64,000 nucleotides of DNA from Paraspadella gotoi. Its lineage: Eukaryota; Animalia; Chaetognatha. The position numbers and the translations under genes were made by a program. Positions within the stretch are counted from its first letter, which is position 1. Every line of letters begins with the position of its first letter. Shown in pieces: positions 1 through 12,696 of the stretch. The stretch spans positions 21,238,553 to 21,302,552 of the forward strand of contig CM119268.1 in NCBI GenBank assembly GCA_051294375.1. Reading direction: 5' to 3'. The notes under the pieces were generated by a model, which searched no databases, had not been told where the DNA came from, and saw only the letters and a program-made list of their open reading frames with translations.

Positions 1-59
1 TATAATTCAAATATTTGAGCCTCCTCCTTTTACCAAATACTAAACCCAATCCGTTACTT

Positions 60-250
60 TCACCCTAACCATGATCCCTCATCTTTAATACCTAATTCTA
101 ACCATGATCCCTAATCCCTAAACCCTAACCATGATCCCTAATCCCTAAACCCTAATCATGATCCCTAATACCTAAACCCTAATCATGATCCCTAATCCCT
201 AATCCCTAAACTGTAATCCCTGACTCTAATCCATAAACGAATCTTTAACC
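60..250. repeat. Degenerate CCCTAA-containing minisatellite, ~27-bp unit
   Basis: Unit ccctaa(c/t)catgatccctaatccctaaa starts at 123, 150 and 177, with degenerate copies on either side. Confidence 0.75.
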
Positions 251-556
251 TNNNNNNNNNNATGATGGAAATAAAAAGTAAAAAAAAAATCACTTAAAAA
301 AACTTCATTAACAAAAAAATAATAAACAATAAGTAATAAACAATTAACAATTAGTAACGGATAACAAAAACAAAACAAAATTAAAAAACCTAAATCAAAA
401 CTGGAACGACTTCATTTCTCATCTTCTTCATTAACTTCATCATCGTCGTTGCTTCTCCTTCTTAAAATCACCAACTCCACTTAGCCTCTCCACCCCATCT
501 CTCAACCCCATCATTAATCTCTTCAACATCACCCGCTTCCCCTTTCCACATCACTG

Positions 557-3137
557 ATGTCGAAGCGCTACGACGTCCTTTGCCGCATTTGCGTTTGCGG
601 CGATAGCGGCGTAGGGAAAACGGCGCTAATCACTTCCTTCACTGGAGGCCTGCATCACATCCAGGCAAGTTGATGGGGATGTTGCTGTTTATTGCTCTGT
701 TGGTTTTTGGTTTTCTGAAAATTCTATTAGTATCTTATGATGAGCGCGTTCATCTTTCTTGTAAAAAATTAAAAAAGGTTTATCTCTCTCATTTTTTATC
801 TTTCTCCATTTATGTTCCTAGTCCCTGTAATTAGTTATAATTCAAATATTTGAGCCTCCTCCTTTTACCAAATANNNNNNNNNNNNNNNNNNNNNNNNNN
901 NNNNNNNNNNNNNNNNNNNNNNNNNNNNNNNNNNNNNNNNNNNNNNNNNNNNNNNNNNNNNNNNNNNNNNNNNNNNNNNNNNNNNNNNNNNNNNNNNNNN
1001 NNNNNNNNNNNNNNNNNNNNNNNNNNNNNNNNNNNNNNNNNNNNNNNNNNNNNNNNNNNNNNNNNNNNNNNNNNNNNNNNNNNNNNNNNNNNNNNNNNNN
1101 NNNNNNNNNNCCCTTATTTCTAACCCCTAACCTAATATTTAAATTTAAAACTAACCATATTCTGAATTTAAGTTTAAATGGAACTTTTTGGGGTTTTTTC
1201 TCCATTTTTTTCTCTTAAATTCTTTCTTTTTAATTGTTTGTTTATTTTATTTTTTTCCTTTTTTTTTCATTATTATTTTCTGACTATCTGCCCCACCCCA
1301 CTCTTCCCCACCAGCCGGTCGAGCCACCCCAACGGCCCGTCGACGGCCGCAAGTCGCCCTTTGATCGTCTCTCTCCGCTGCGAACGTCTACGACGACTTN
1401 NNNNNNNNNNNNNNNNNNNNNNNNNNNNNNNNNNNNNNNNNNNNNNNNNNNNNNNNNNNNNNNNNNNNNNNNNNNNNNNNNNNNNNNNNNNNNNNNNNNN
1501 NNNNNNNNNNNNNNNNNNNNNNNNNNNNNNNNNNNNNNNNNNNNNNNNNNNNNNNNNNNNNNNNNNNNNNNNNNNNNNNNNNNNNNNNNNNNNNNNNNNN
1601 NNNNNNNNNNNNNNNNNNNNNNNNNNNNNNNNNNNNNNNNNNNNNNNNNNNNNNNNNNNNNNNNNNNNNNNNNNNNNNNNNNNNNNNNNNNNNNNNNNNN
1701 NNNNNNNNNNNNNNNNNNNNNNNNNNNNNNNNNNNNNNNNNNNNNNNNNNNNNNNNNNNAGGACATGAAAAGACATGCAGATCTGGGACAGGATGGGTGG
1801 GAACAACGTGTTGCAGGTTGGGGGAGGGACATGAAAAGACATAAAGATCTGGAACAGGCCGAGCGGGGCAACGTCTTGCAGGTAGGGGAAAGGACATGAA
1901 AAGACAAGCAGATCTGGGTCATTTTAAAATTGTCTATATTTTTTCTGCCTCGACTTGCCAATATTTATTCCTTCGCCATCCGCTCCCAATTCTTCAAAAA
2001 GGCGAGCGTGACCTCCAGCCCGGTCCACGACCGCATCGAGAGGATGACCCGACATCACCTCCAAAGATCTCAAGGAGTCGTCGTCGTNNNNNNNNNNNNN
2101 NNNNNNNNNNNNNNNNNNNNNNNNNNNNNNNNNNNNNNNNNNNNNNNNNNNNNNNNNNNNNNNNNNNNNNNNNNNNNNNNNNNNNNNNNNNNNNNNNNNN
2201 NNNNNNNNNNNNNNNNNNNNNNNNNNNNNNNNNNNNNNNNNNNNNNNNNNNNNNNNNNNNNNNNNNNNNNNNNNNNNNNNNNNNNNNNNNNNNNNNNNNN
2301 NNNNNNNNNNNNNNNNNNNGAGAGAGAGAGAGAGAGAGAGAGATTAATCTAATTAATTACATAAAGTTACGTCGGAATTAATGACTAGTGACGTCAACTC
2401 GTGACTCCAAAGTCAACTTCGTCGACCTCGAGATGACGATATCACTACAGGGTCTTTCCTTACGATTCGGATATTCGATCTCTGCGTGAAGTCAATTCGT
2501 TGACTCCCTAGGTGTCAAGTTAACGACCTTAGCGCGAAACCAATTTGTTAACGATTTATGTGTCAGGATGCCACACGCACTACCACCGTACGAATGATGA
2601 AATAACAAAAAAATTCTTACACTATTTTGACAAAGTCAGATGTTTTATTATATTTGTAGTTTATCCTAGATTTAAAAATTACGTACAAAAAAGTTTTGCA
2701 GCAATTTATTGTAATCTAATTAATGAGAGTAATTTGTAACCAGAGAGAATTTAATCAATTTCCGTCGAAATACATTTGCTCTCTCTCTCTCTCNNNNNNN
2801 NNNNNNNNNNNNNNNNNNNNNNNNNNNNNNNNNNNNNNNNNNNNNNNNNNNNNNNNNNNNNNNNNNNNNNNNNNNNNNNNNNNNNNNNNNNNNNNNNNNN
2901 NNNNNNNNNNNNNNNNNNNNNNNNNNNNNNNNNNNNNNNNNNNNNNNNNNNNNNNNNNNNNNNNNNNNNNNNNNNNNNNNNNNNNNNNNNNNNNNNNNNN
3001 NNNNNNNNNNNNNNNNNNNCTCTTTATCTTCCTTTACCGAAATGACAATCCAGATGATAATTAAGAGGAAGGAAAAATCTACGATTTTTTGTTATGACGT
3101 CTAGTCAGCGCCTTTCCGGTTTGTAATTGGCGCGCGC

Positions 3138-3182
<45 letters not shown>

Positions 3183-4176
3183 CAACTCATACTCTCCCTA
3201 TCAAAAAAATTAATCAAGATATAATGAGTCCCGACAATAACCTTTTTTTCAAAACTTTTGAAAACTTTTAGAAAAAGGGCGCGTTGGACAAAGATTTTCA
3301 AACCTTTTCAGATCGCAATATTCAATTTTTGAGTATTATTTGTGTTTTGTTAATTTTATCATTTTTAATTTATTATTTAGAAGATCTGGATTTTCTTGGA
3401 GTTAATCTTCTAGCGAATCAGTTCGCCGTTGATTCATCAAATCGTTCGTGCAAATTCGGTCATATCCTTAAGCCACTTGTCCAATATCCCTTATCCTCGT
3501 CTCATTAAATTGTTTCCCCTTCCCTTCTCCTCTTTCCCTTCNNNNNNNNNNNNNNNNNNNNNNNNNNNNNNNNNNNNNNNNNNNNNNNNNNNNNNNNNNN
3601 NNNNNNNNNNNNNNNNNNNNNNNNNNNNNNNNNNNNNNNNNNNNNNNNNNNNNNNNNNNNNNNNNNNNNNNNNNNNNNNNNNNNNNNNNNNNNNNNNNNN
3701 NNNNNNNNNNNNNNNNNNNNNNNNNNNNNNNNNNNNNNNNNNNNNNNNNNNNNNNNNNNNNNNNNNNNNNNNNNNNNNNNNNNNNNNNNNNNNGCCGAGC
3801 GGTCGCCAAGGCAAACGCCCTCGCGCGGAAGAGGCGCGAACAAAAGGGCGTCGGTGGCCTCGACTTCCGGTTGACGCTCGTGGCGCCGTCTTTGGACGAC
3901 GCCGTTGCCAAGGAGACGACGCCGGGGTCGACGATCGACGCCGACGGGAACAAAAGACGATCGAAAAACAAAGATGGCGTCGACGACTACGACGAAAAAA
4001 GAACAAAAGACGAACGAAAGAATTTTTGTTCGGCGGATCGGTGCTTCCATCTGTTGGCGGAAAGAATCCTAGGAGGAGGAGGAGGAGGAGGAGGAGGAGG
4101 AGGAGGAGGAGACGGGTGCGCAGTTGGCGTCGAAAACGGATTAGAAAGAAAAGCGTCTTGCTGCGTCATTAGTTGA
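557..4176 (+). CDS. Divergent Ras-superfamily (Rab-like) small GTPase, multi-exon, partly hidden in N gaps
   Basis: Exon 1 (557-664) reads MSKRYDVLCRICVCGDSGVGKTALITSFTGGLHHIQ, a Rab-type YD..GDSGVGKT P-loop, with donor CAG|GCAAGT. A probable exon starts at 1315 (PVEPPQ...). About 2002-2087 reads DRIERMTRHHLQRSQGVVV, resembling Rab [20 protein letters not shown]. The last exon (~3794-4176) has SADRCFHLLAERIL (alpha5-like) and ends CCVIS* (CaaX). Confidence 0.72.
1761..1918. repeat. ~66-bp tandem repeat (at least 2.4 copies, running into the upstream gap), intronic
   Basis: ggacatgaaaagaca..agatctgg recurs at 1761, 1827 and 1892. Confidence 0.75.
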
Positions 4177-4797
4177 CGGAATTCGAAAAGAGAGAAAAAA
4201 ACATGGCGGCTTTTTTCCCCTTTTTTTTCGGTGATGGAAAATGTGGAGTGAGGAATTAGACGGGGGGAATTGTGAGAAAGTGGAAAACATAGGCACTATT
4301 TTCTAAAAGCGTCACATTTTTTTTCCTTATCCATAAATTTAATTTTAACTTAAATAATTAATACTAATCTTTTACAAAATACTTCATGCGATTGTAACCT
4401 TAATTCCAAACCCTAACGAAATAGCTAACTTTAATTTTTAATCATTAACCCATTAAACAATAATTCTTAATTTTAATCCCTAACCTTAATTCTTAACCAA
4501 ATCTTTATCCTAACCACTAACCCTAATCTCGACGTTATCCTTTATCCGTAACCTCATCATTAAACTTTTAAACTTATTTAACTGCGTATTTAAGCTGAAA
4601 TATAACACTTTTGAAAAATATGGCCGAAAGATATAGCAGGGTGGAGATTTCTTTTTAAAAGGTTAGAGCGGGCGAGAGGGGGGGGGCGATTTTCGGCTAA
4701 GGCGTTCGCCGTTGATTGGGTCAGGGTTTTTTTTTCCGAAGGTGAGGGTCACGAAGTGGGGTCAGGCGCAGAGGCGCGAAGAGCGGAAAAGGAAAGA

Positions 4798-4838
4798 CTC
4801 TGATTGGACGAGATTTCTTAATCCTGATTGGACGAGAC
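4798..4838. promoter_or_regulatory. Possible tandem CCAAT boxes (NF-Y-type)
   Basis: ctgattggacgaga occurs twice, ~24 bp apart, in a GC-richer island at 4620-4900. No transcript evidence. Confidence 0.25.
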
Positions 4839-6807
4839 ACTTTCTACTGATCTAAATTTAATTTTTTTTTCCTTTGCGTTGCGCGGGTCGTTTAATCTTT
4901 CTATTCAATTTTTTTTTTTTTGAGCGTATTCTCTTTGATTGATTTGCCGATTATTTATAAAAGTTCAAATTCTATATATACCCCGTGTCCGTTCACGAGT
5001 GACACAAAAAAAATATTTACTATACTTTAAATATTTAATAAATATATTTCATTAGTTGGAGAATTACTGGACGTTTTTTACATATAAGTTTCATTTCGTG
5101 TTTGTTTCATTTACTATTCTATATTTAATTTTTTTATCTAACACAGTAAAATTGGCGAAAAAAGACTATTTTAGGCGTGTTCTTGATTGAATTTTAAAAA
5201 TATTTTACATCATAAGATATCTCTATTAATGCTCTATTCAATGGCGTATCTGAATTATCGTAATGTTGAGTAACTTCTGAGTAATGATTAATTGTAAATC
5301 TTAAGTTTTCTTTATACAATTCGTCCANNNNNNNNNNNNNNNNNNNNNNNNNNNNNNNNNNNNNNNNNNNNNNNNNNNNNNNNNNNNNNNNNNNNNNNNN
5401 NNNNNNNNNNNNNNNNNNNNNNNNNNNNNNNNNNNNNNNNNNNNNNNNNNNNNNNNNNNNNNNNNNNNNNNNNNNNNNNNNNNNNNNNNNNNNNNNNNNN
5501 NNNNNNNNNNNNNNNNNNNNNNNNNNNNNNNNNNNNNNNNNNNNATGATTTTCTTTTTTTAAAAGATTCAGTTTTTTACTGAAGTAATAAATATATGTAT
5601 AATATATATATAATAAACTAAAACTAAAATATAGAATGAGGAACGAAAATTTAAAAAATATTAATCCAATGAGAAATGGTACGCATTTTTTTGGTGTCAC
5701 TCGCGAACGGAAACTGGGTATGATGGTGCTGCACATTTTAAAACTGACGTGCATGATTGGTTTTTTCGCTTGGAGTTCCTTCCTCTTTTGTCTCGTTCCT
5801 TTTCTTTATATTAGTTTCTATTTAATTTCCTTACTTTTCTTTTCTCCCTTTAACTTACCTATCTGATTGATTCAATTCCCGCTTTCCTTTTTCCTCTCTC
5901 CTTCCTTTCTCTCTTCTCCCCCTCCCTCCCTCTTTCCCNNNNNNNNNNNNNNNNNNNNNNNNNNNNNNNNNNNNNNNNNNNNNNNNNNNNNNNNNNNNNN
6001 NNNNNNNNNNNNNNNNNNNNNNNNNNNNNNNNNNNNNNNNNNNNNNNNNNNNNNNNNNNNNNNNNNNNNNNNNNNNNNNNNNNNNNNNNNNNCCCCTCTT
6101 TCCTCTCTCTTTCTTCCTCTTCCTCCCTCCCTCCCTCTTTCCCCTTCCAACTCCCCAGAGGTCGTTAAGCCCGGGGTTAACTGTAATTTGCGACGACGAA
6201 TTCTCCGCTGGTTTCGTCACCCTTTTCGACCGCGTCGGGAAAAAAAAATAATTGGAATGGGGTTTAATTTTTAAATTTAAAAAGTCAATTGACGTTTAAA
6301 CTTATAATTTTTCTATTTGTTAGTTTCAGTTTTTTTCAGAATTTTTTAATAAATAAACGAATATAATTAATTTTTTATGTGCTGAAGAACGTCCCAATAA
6401 TGTTTTTTTTCCCGATTATATGACCGACGTGCCAAAAATGGCCTTTATTTATTTATTTTTTCGATTTATGTCGATTAAAGTTGACAATTTTTTTTTTGCT
6501 TAATGAGGTGACGTTAGTTTTCTTTTCTTTTACGCTTTAAATAATGAGAGAGAAAAAGGAGTTAAAACGAAAAATGAAATTAGGAGTTAATAAGTGTATA
6601 AAACTTTAGTGTTAAAAGAAAATAAAAAAGTGTCAACGTTAATAAAAAGTATAAAAAGTCATAAATTCTACTCAACGTATTACGTCAGCAGATAAACATG
6701 AAAACAAAATTCAATTTAAGTTTTAACACCTAAAAATGTTTTGGGATTGTAGAAGACGAAAAGGAAAAAAAAAAGCAGAAAAAATAAAAGAGAGAAAAGG
6801 AGGGAGA

Positions 6808-6896
<89 letters not shown>

Positions 6897-6985
6897 AGAG
6901 AAGAGTTCAAATGAAAAAGAATAAATTTTGTTGTTTTTGTTGCGACACTAAATTCGCTTTCGTCGCTTTCTTGGCGCGCCGTCCG

Positions 6986-7016
<31 letters not shown>

Positions 7017-7064
7017 TCATCGTTGTCGTCGTCGTCGTCACTTATCGTCCACCTCCTGATTCCC

Positions 7065-7298
7065 TTAAGCCGCGGCGCCTTTGATATCGTCGTCGTCATA
7101 GAGACTTCGCCAATGTTGGTCGTTGTCGTCTTCTTCTTTGTCGTCTTCTTCTTTGTCGTCTTCTTCTTTGTCGTCTTCTTCTTTGTCGTCTTTGTCGGTT
7201 TCATCGTCGTCATCTTCTTCGTCTTCTTTTTCTTCATCGTCATCGTCTTCTTCTCTTTCGTCACTCATTGAATCTCCATCTCCTTTCAAAGGTTTTCC

Positions 7299-7341
<43 letters not shown>

Positions 7342-7387
7342 AAGGTTTTCCCTCGATCTTTTGTGAGGGAGATTTTCTTCATGAACC
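7065..7387 (-). CDS. Possible terminal exon of an unknown acidic, low-complexity protein
   Basis: Acceptor-like ctcag at ~7388, then RFMKKISLTKDRGKTF(D)nEGKPLKGDGDSMSDEREE..(DDKEE)x4..HWRSLYDDDDIKGAAA*. No recognisable domain. Confidence 0.35.
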
Positions 7388-8446
7388 TGAGTTCGTCAGT
7401 CCATCCGAAAAAAGGCACAAAAAGATTCTTTCTTTTTTCTTTCTTTTTTTTTCTCTATTTCCTTTTCTCCTTTTTTTCATTTTTTTTTCTTTTTCTGTTT
7501 CTCTACAATTTTGTCACTTTCTTTTCTTTTCTTTCTTTCCTCCGATTCTTTTCTTTTCTTTTTTTTTCACTCTCACCATCTCTATCTCTCTCTTATCCCT
7601 TATCCCTTAACTCTCTTCATCAACTTTCTTATTCTTCATTCTATTTAATTTCTTACTTCCATGTTTTTCTCTCCATTTCTATTCTTTCTATATTTTTGCT
7701 CTATTCTTCTACCGACACTCTCTCTTCTCAATGCTTTCTATCTCTCTATCTCTCTTTCTTACTCTCCCCCACCTCTTTCTCTCTCTCTTCCCCCACTCTC
7801 TTCCTCTCTTCCATTCCGCATATGATGAAGTCAAGTTTTTGCTTCTCTTTTTTATCATTGAAAAGAAAAACTGATCAGGACTCAGCCGATGATGAATGAC
7901 GATTTGACCTCTGACCCCTGGGCGCCTTAGAAACGGGGCTTTTTTGGTGGAAGGGGCGTCGCCTTGACAACGGCGTCCCTGGTTGCTAAAGAGGAATCGC
8001 TTTGGGGAGGGCATGGAAAAAAGAAAAGGAGAGAGAGNNNNNNNNNNNNNNNNNNNNNNNNNCGACTCTTTGGGCTTTCTTATGTCGGTGTTTGTACTGT
8101 AGACTCTTCTTTTGTCGCTTGGTACCGCGCGTTTCAGAATTGCTCGTCTGAAAATGCAAAATTAAATGTTAGAGAGCTTCGGTGGTCTTCTTTTTCTCTG
8201 GCATTCCGTTTTGGAGTCATTCATTTTTGTGACTCTTTACTACACAACTTCAACTCCATTTGGAATCTCCCAATCTTCCTTTTCAAGGGTTTTCCCCTTG
8301 GTTGCTGTCGGCTGCGGAATACGACAGTGTATGATCGGGACTGCTCGGGTCGTCGTCAAAGGTTTTCATACATACCCTATAGTTTATTACTCTCTCGGAT
8401 CTTTTTATTTGTGAAGGTATGATTTCTTTTTCTTCCTTCTGATGTG

Positions 8447-8660
8447 TCAACAAATGTGGGATTAGACACTTGGAACTCTTGGGTGACAGAGTGGGATTGG
8501 AACTTAGTACTCTGTAGGTGTCACAGTGTGGCTTGGAACTTGAAACTCTGTGGGTGACAGAGTGGGCTTGGAGCTTGGAACTCTGTGAGTGATATAAGTG
8601 GAGTGGAACTTGTAACTCTGTGGGTGACAGAGTGGGATTGGAGCTTGGAACTCTCTGGTC
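8447..8660 (-). repeat. 35-bp minisatellite, mirror of 19661-19986
   Basis: tgggtgacagagtggg(a/c)ttgga(g/a)cttggaactctg repeated about 6 times. Confidence 0.8.
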
Positions 8661-10579
8661 TCTAGTGAAAAAAAAAAAGAGAGCAAAGACTTGGAAGAGA
8701 GATTGAGGAGAAAGATTGGACCGAAGAAAAAAGAAAATGGAAAAAATTGAAAGTATGAAAGCTGAAGATTGAGGAAAAGAGGATTTAAAATGAATGAAGG
8801 AGATGAAAGAGAAAGAAAGATAAGGAAAAAGAGAAGAAGTGGATTAAATAGGAATTAATAAAGCAGAAGATGGATTAAGAGAATCAAAAAAGCAGGAGTG
8901 GATTAATGAAATAAAGATACTAATGTGGATTTAAAGAGTCAATAATCTTTGCTTAAAGAAAAAATAAAGCAGGGATTGATTAAGGTAATAAAGATTGCAG
9001 AAAGGGAGTGAAAAGAATAAAGAAAAAAGCCGGTCTGGATTGGAAAGAGAAGTAGGAAATTATTAAATGATAGAATGATTAGTACATTTGTGAAAATACA
9101 GAAGGTAGAATTTAAATTGAAGATGATATAATAGAATAAGGAGAGCAGGATGGAGACAAGAGAATGAGAATTAAGCAAAAAATGGTAGAACCCAGGACGA
9201 GGAGAGGGGAAATAAAAGTCGCGGTGCACAGCTTCTCGTGGGAAAATTTTTATTCACGCTATTTCTCATGCAAAATTCTTTACCGTTGTGTGACAAATTT
9301 TGTGTTTGTCTGATTACTAACATATCCTTATATTCGAACCGAACATTTAGGCCTCTCTTTACATGACTGTTTTTTCATGTACAGTAAGATCGCAAAGATA
9401 ATCAAAAATATGTAAAAATCCAGGCTAAAAGTAGCTTGAAAATGGTGACCAAAAATATCTTACCATTGTTATTGTAATTGATCTGGGTTAAACTTGCTCA
9501 TTAAAAAAAGTTATTTCAAACTCAATTTATTACTAGAGATCAAGAGCTATCTTTTTAAACCTATTTATTTTTTCATTTAAAGGAATTTTAAGGCATAACA
9601 ATCAACCAAATATCTCTAAATCAGAATGACAAAACAATATTGCTTTTTTCTAGTTTTTGTATTTATTTTGTGGCTGTGACTTGTTTGGCGTTTTAAGAAA
9701 GAATCTAAGAGACATTTTTGGGAAAAGCATCTTCTTAGAACTTTAGGTATAAATTTTTTATAAAAATATTTTAAAGTTTAGTATACTAAAATGATTTTTT
9801 AATTAATTAAAAAGTTGAATATTTAAATTTTAAGAAAAAAACATTGGTCTCATGGAGAATTATAAATAAGGAACTTGAAGGAAATAATTTTGCATTTTGA
9901 AAAAAATCAGATTTTTCCCATCGATTTTTGTCACAATCTGATGTTTTTATTTTTCTTGATTTATTTATTTTTTTAATGGCAAAATTTATAATTCTTCGTG
10001 AGCATGGTCTGAAAAAGTTTTTTTTAAATTTTTTGTTTTTTATTTTTTTTTTTATTATGTTTTCCATAAAGTAATTCAAGGGTCGGTATGGAGGACAGTT
10101 TATTCTTATCTTATGTTATTGTGATCATTTGCTATTAATTTTCCTAGGCGAGATCATTACTTTTAATAATAATACTGTAATGTTTTTATATTAAAAAAAA
10201 TTAATAAGTTTTTTTCCTCCTTATAACATTGAAAAGAACTTATTTTTTAATGTATCAAACTATAAATTTATAGAAATATAATTATTGTCAATATTAACAA
10301 AAGAAATTGGAAAGGTGATTTTTGGACATGGTTTATGACCAAACAAGGCTGAAGTAAAGTCAGCAAAGTTCTGAAATTGATGCAGAAACAAAGAAAAGCT
10401 CGACAGAGAAGAGTTGAGGCAGAAGAGTGAGAGCAAAAGAGCCAAAGTAGAGAGAGAATTCTGATTGGTTGTTTAAGAGATGCGCCAAGTTGCAACGTTC
10501 GGCTACCACAAATTTTTTTTTTTTCGGGTAACCAGGAGACATCAGATAAGAAAGATATTGAATGTGACTTGAATTGATT

Positions 10580-11255
10580 GATTAAATTAATTAATTAATA
10601 GATAAACCCTAAATTGATTTATTGGAACATATAAATTGATTAATTGACTGGGATTATATTAAATTATTGAAGTAATAATTGAATTAATTAACTGATTAAT
10701 TATTTGATTATTTATACATCTTGTATTTACAAGTCGGTATCTTGCCCATGGGTCCATAATTAATTAATTAATTAATTATAAATAATTAATTTCAAGTTAA
10801 TTAATTAAATAATTAATTCAAGTTGATTAATTATTTATTAATTAATAATATTAATTTATTCAAGTTGATTGATTTGAAATGTTTGTTTTGATTTATTAAT
10901 AGATCCTGACTTAATTACTTAATGATAAATTAATCGACTAATTTGATTAATATAACTGATTAAATTATTTGATTAATTAATACATCTTGTCATTTCAGTA
11001 GGATTTAGCCCATGGTTATTATCGGTAATTAATTAATTATTAATAATTAATTAATATTATTCAGTTAATTAATTATTTAATTAATTAATAATTATAATTA
11101 TTCAATTTAATTATTAATTAATTAGGCAATTAATTAATTTGCTCCAAAATGTTTGGTTTTGGATTGATTGACTGATTAATATAATTGATAAATTAATTGA
11201 CTAATTGATAATTACTGATTAATATATTTATTAATTAATTCATCTTGAATTTACA
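10580..11255. repeat. AT-rich ~260-bp tandem duplication rich in TTAATTAA; mirrored at ~17165-17820
   Basis: An (ta)catcttg motif recurs at ~10716, ~10981 and ~11240; the first two are followed by gcccatgg. Confidence 0.65.
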
Positions 11256-12617
11256 TTTAAAAATAAAGAAGAAAAAGGAAGCTTATAATCCAATTAGTAA
11301 ACAGGTTTCTCTTGTTTTTTCATTTAAACTCATTTCCACTCCAACGATTCCATGAAACTTGATTTTCCTGTTTAATCACACACTTTCCTACCCACATACA
11401 AAATTTCAGGTCAAGCTCCCCATCAAATAGTGAAATATATTTTGGTTTTTTTTCCATTAAAACTCATTTTCACTCGGAGATTCCACAAAATATTTATATC
11501 AGCTCAAGCACACACTTCCCTACCCACACCACATCTCATACCAAGTCACGAGTAATTTTTATTTTTGTTAAGGTGGGACGGACGGACGGACATCATTTTT
11601 TTTATTTTGATAATTTATCCATAATTTGGATTTCTGACATGACTATAAGTGAATGCCGCAGATGAGTGGGCGGACCGACGACCGACAAGAGTAAATTAAA
11701 AGTCGGGATCTTGCTGAAGGCAGATCCGACGAAAAAAAAAAAGAGTGACGAGAAAAATAGAACGAAATAAAAACCTGATATTGCGAGAGAGAGAGAGAAG
11801 AGAGCCAAAATCGTTTTCGACGAATCAGCAGTAGTATCAGGAGAAAACTTTTTTCATTGACAAATATAACTGATCAGCAGAGAGAGAGAGATAGCTATAT
11901 GTAATTAAAAGAGAATAGAGAGAGAGATAAATAAATAAAAATGAGGAAATTGTTTATTTGATAAAATCGTAACAAAACATATTTAATAACTGTCCTACCA
12001 AATTTCAAGGACCTCGACACAACAGCCAACAACGACGATGGCGACGCCAATTTAATGTACGACGATAAAATAACAATTAAATTAATAAACTAAAATTGAA
12101 ATCTTTACTTTTTCTAATTAAACTTACTCCATCTAGCCTGATTCTGTGAAATTTGAAATATCCAGCTCAATGAACCAGTTTTTAATTACGGGAACAAAAT
12201 TTCAAAACTCAATGATTTATCCAAACATAAGTTAATAAGACTTTAAAGGTATGGAGAAAAAGACGGACAGAACAGATCAGATAGACAGCAAATGTTTAAA
12301 GTTTTTGATATCTAACGACAGTTAAACAAAGGAGATTTCTGACTGCATTGTTTTTAAGAGATATGTTATTCCACATTATAGAATAACCAATCTTCTTTTT
12401 AGTTTGAATTCTGACGTGCATTTATTGTATTTAAACTGTATCTTGAGAGCATTAAAAGATTTTGCATTTAAAATTTTTATATCATAACATTCACGGAGTA
12501 ATGACCATAGGAATGAGAAACAATAAAAATGAAAAATCAATAATGAAAATTTTTTCTAACTGCATAGTTTATTCTATTACGAGACTGGTACATTCGAGTC
12601 CTTACACAAGATAGTGG

Positions 12618-12696
<79 letters not shown>

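Noticed and set aside
60-250. Telomere or interstitial telomeric array
   Set aside because: CCCTAA occurs only inside a degenerate 27-bp unit, and similar decayed motifs appear at ~4400-4560, ~24480 and ~34330. There is no pure (TTAGGG)n tract.
831-6274. Long X-containing ORFs in the track
   Set aside because: They are open only because they cross N gaps.
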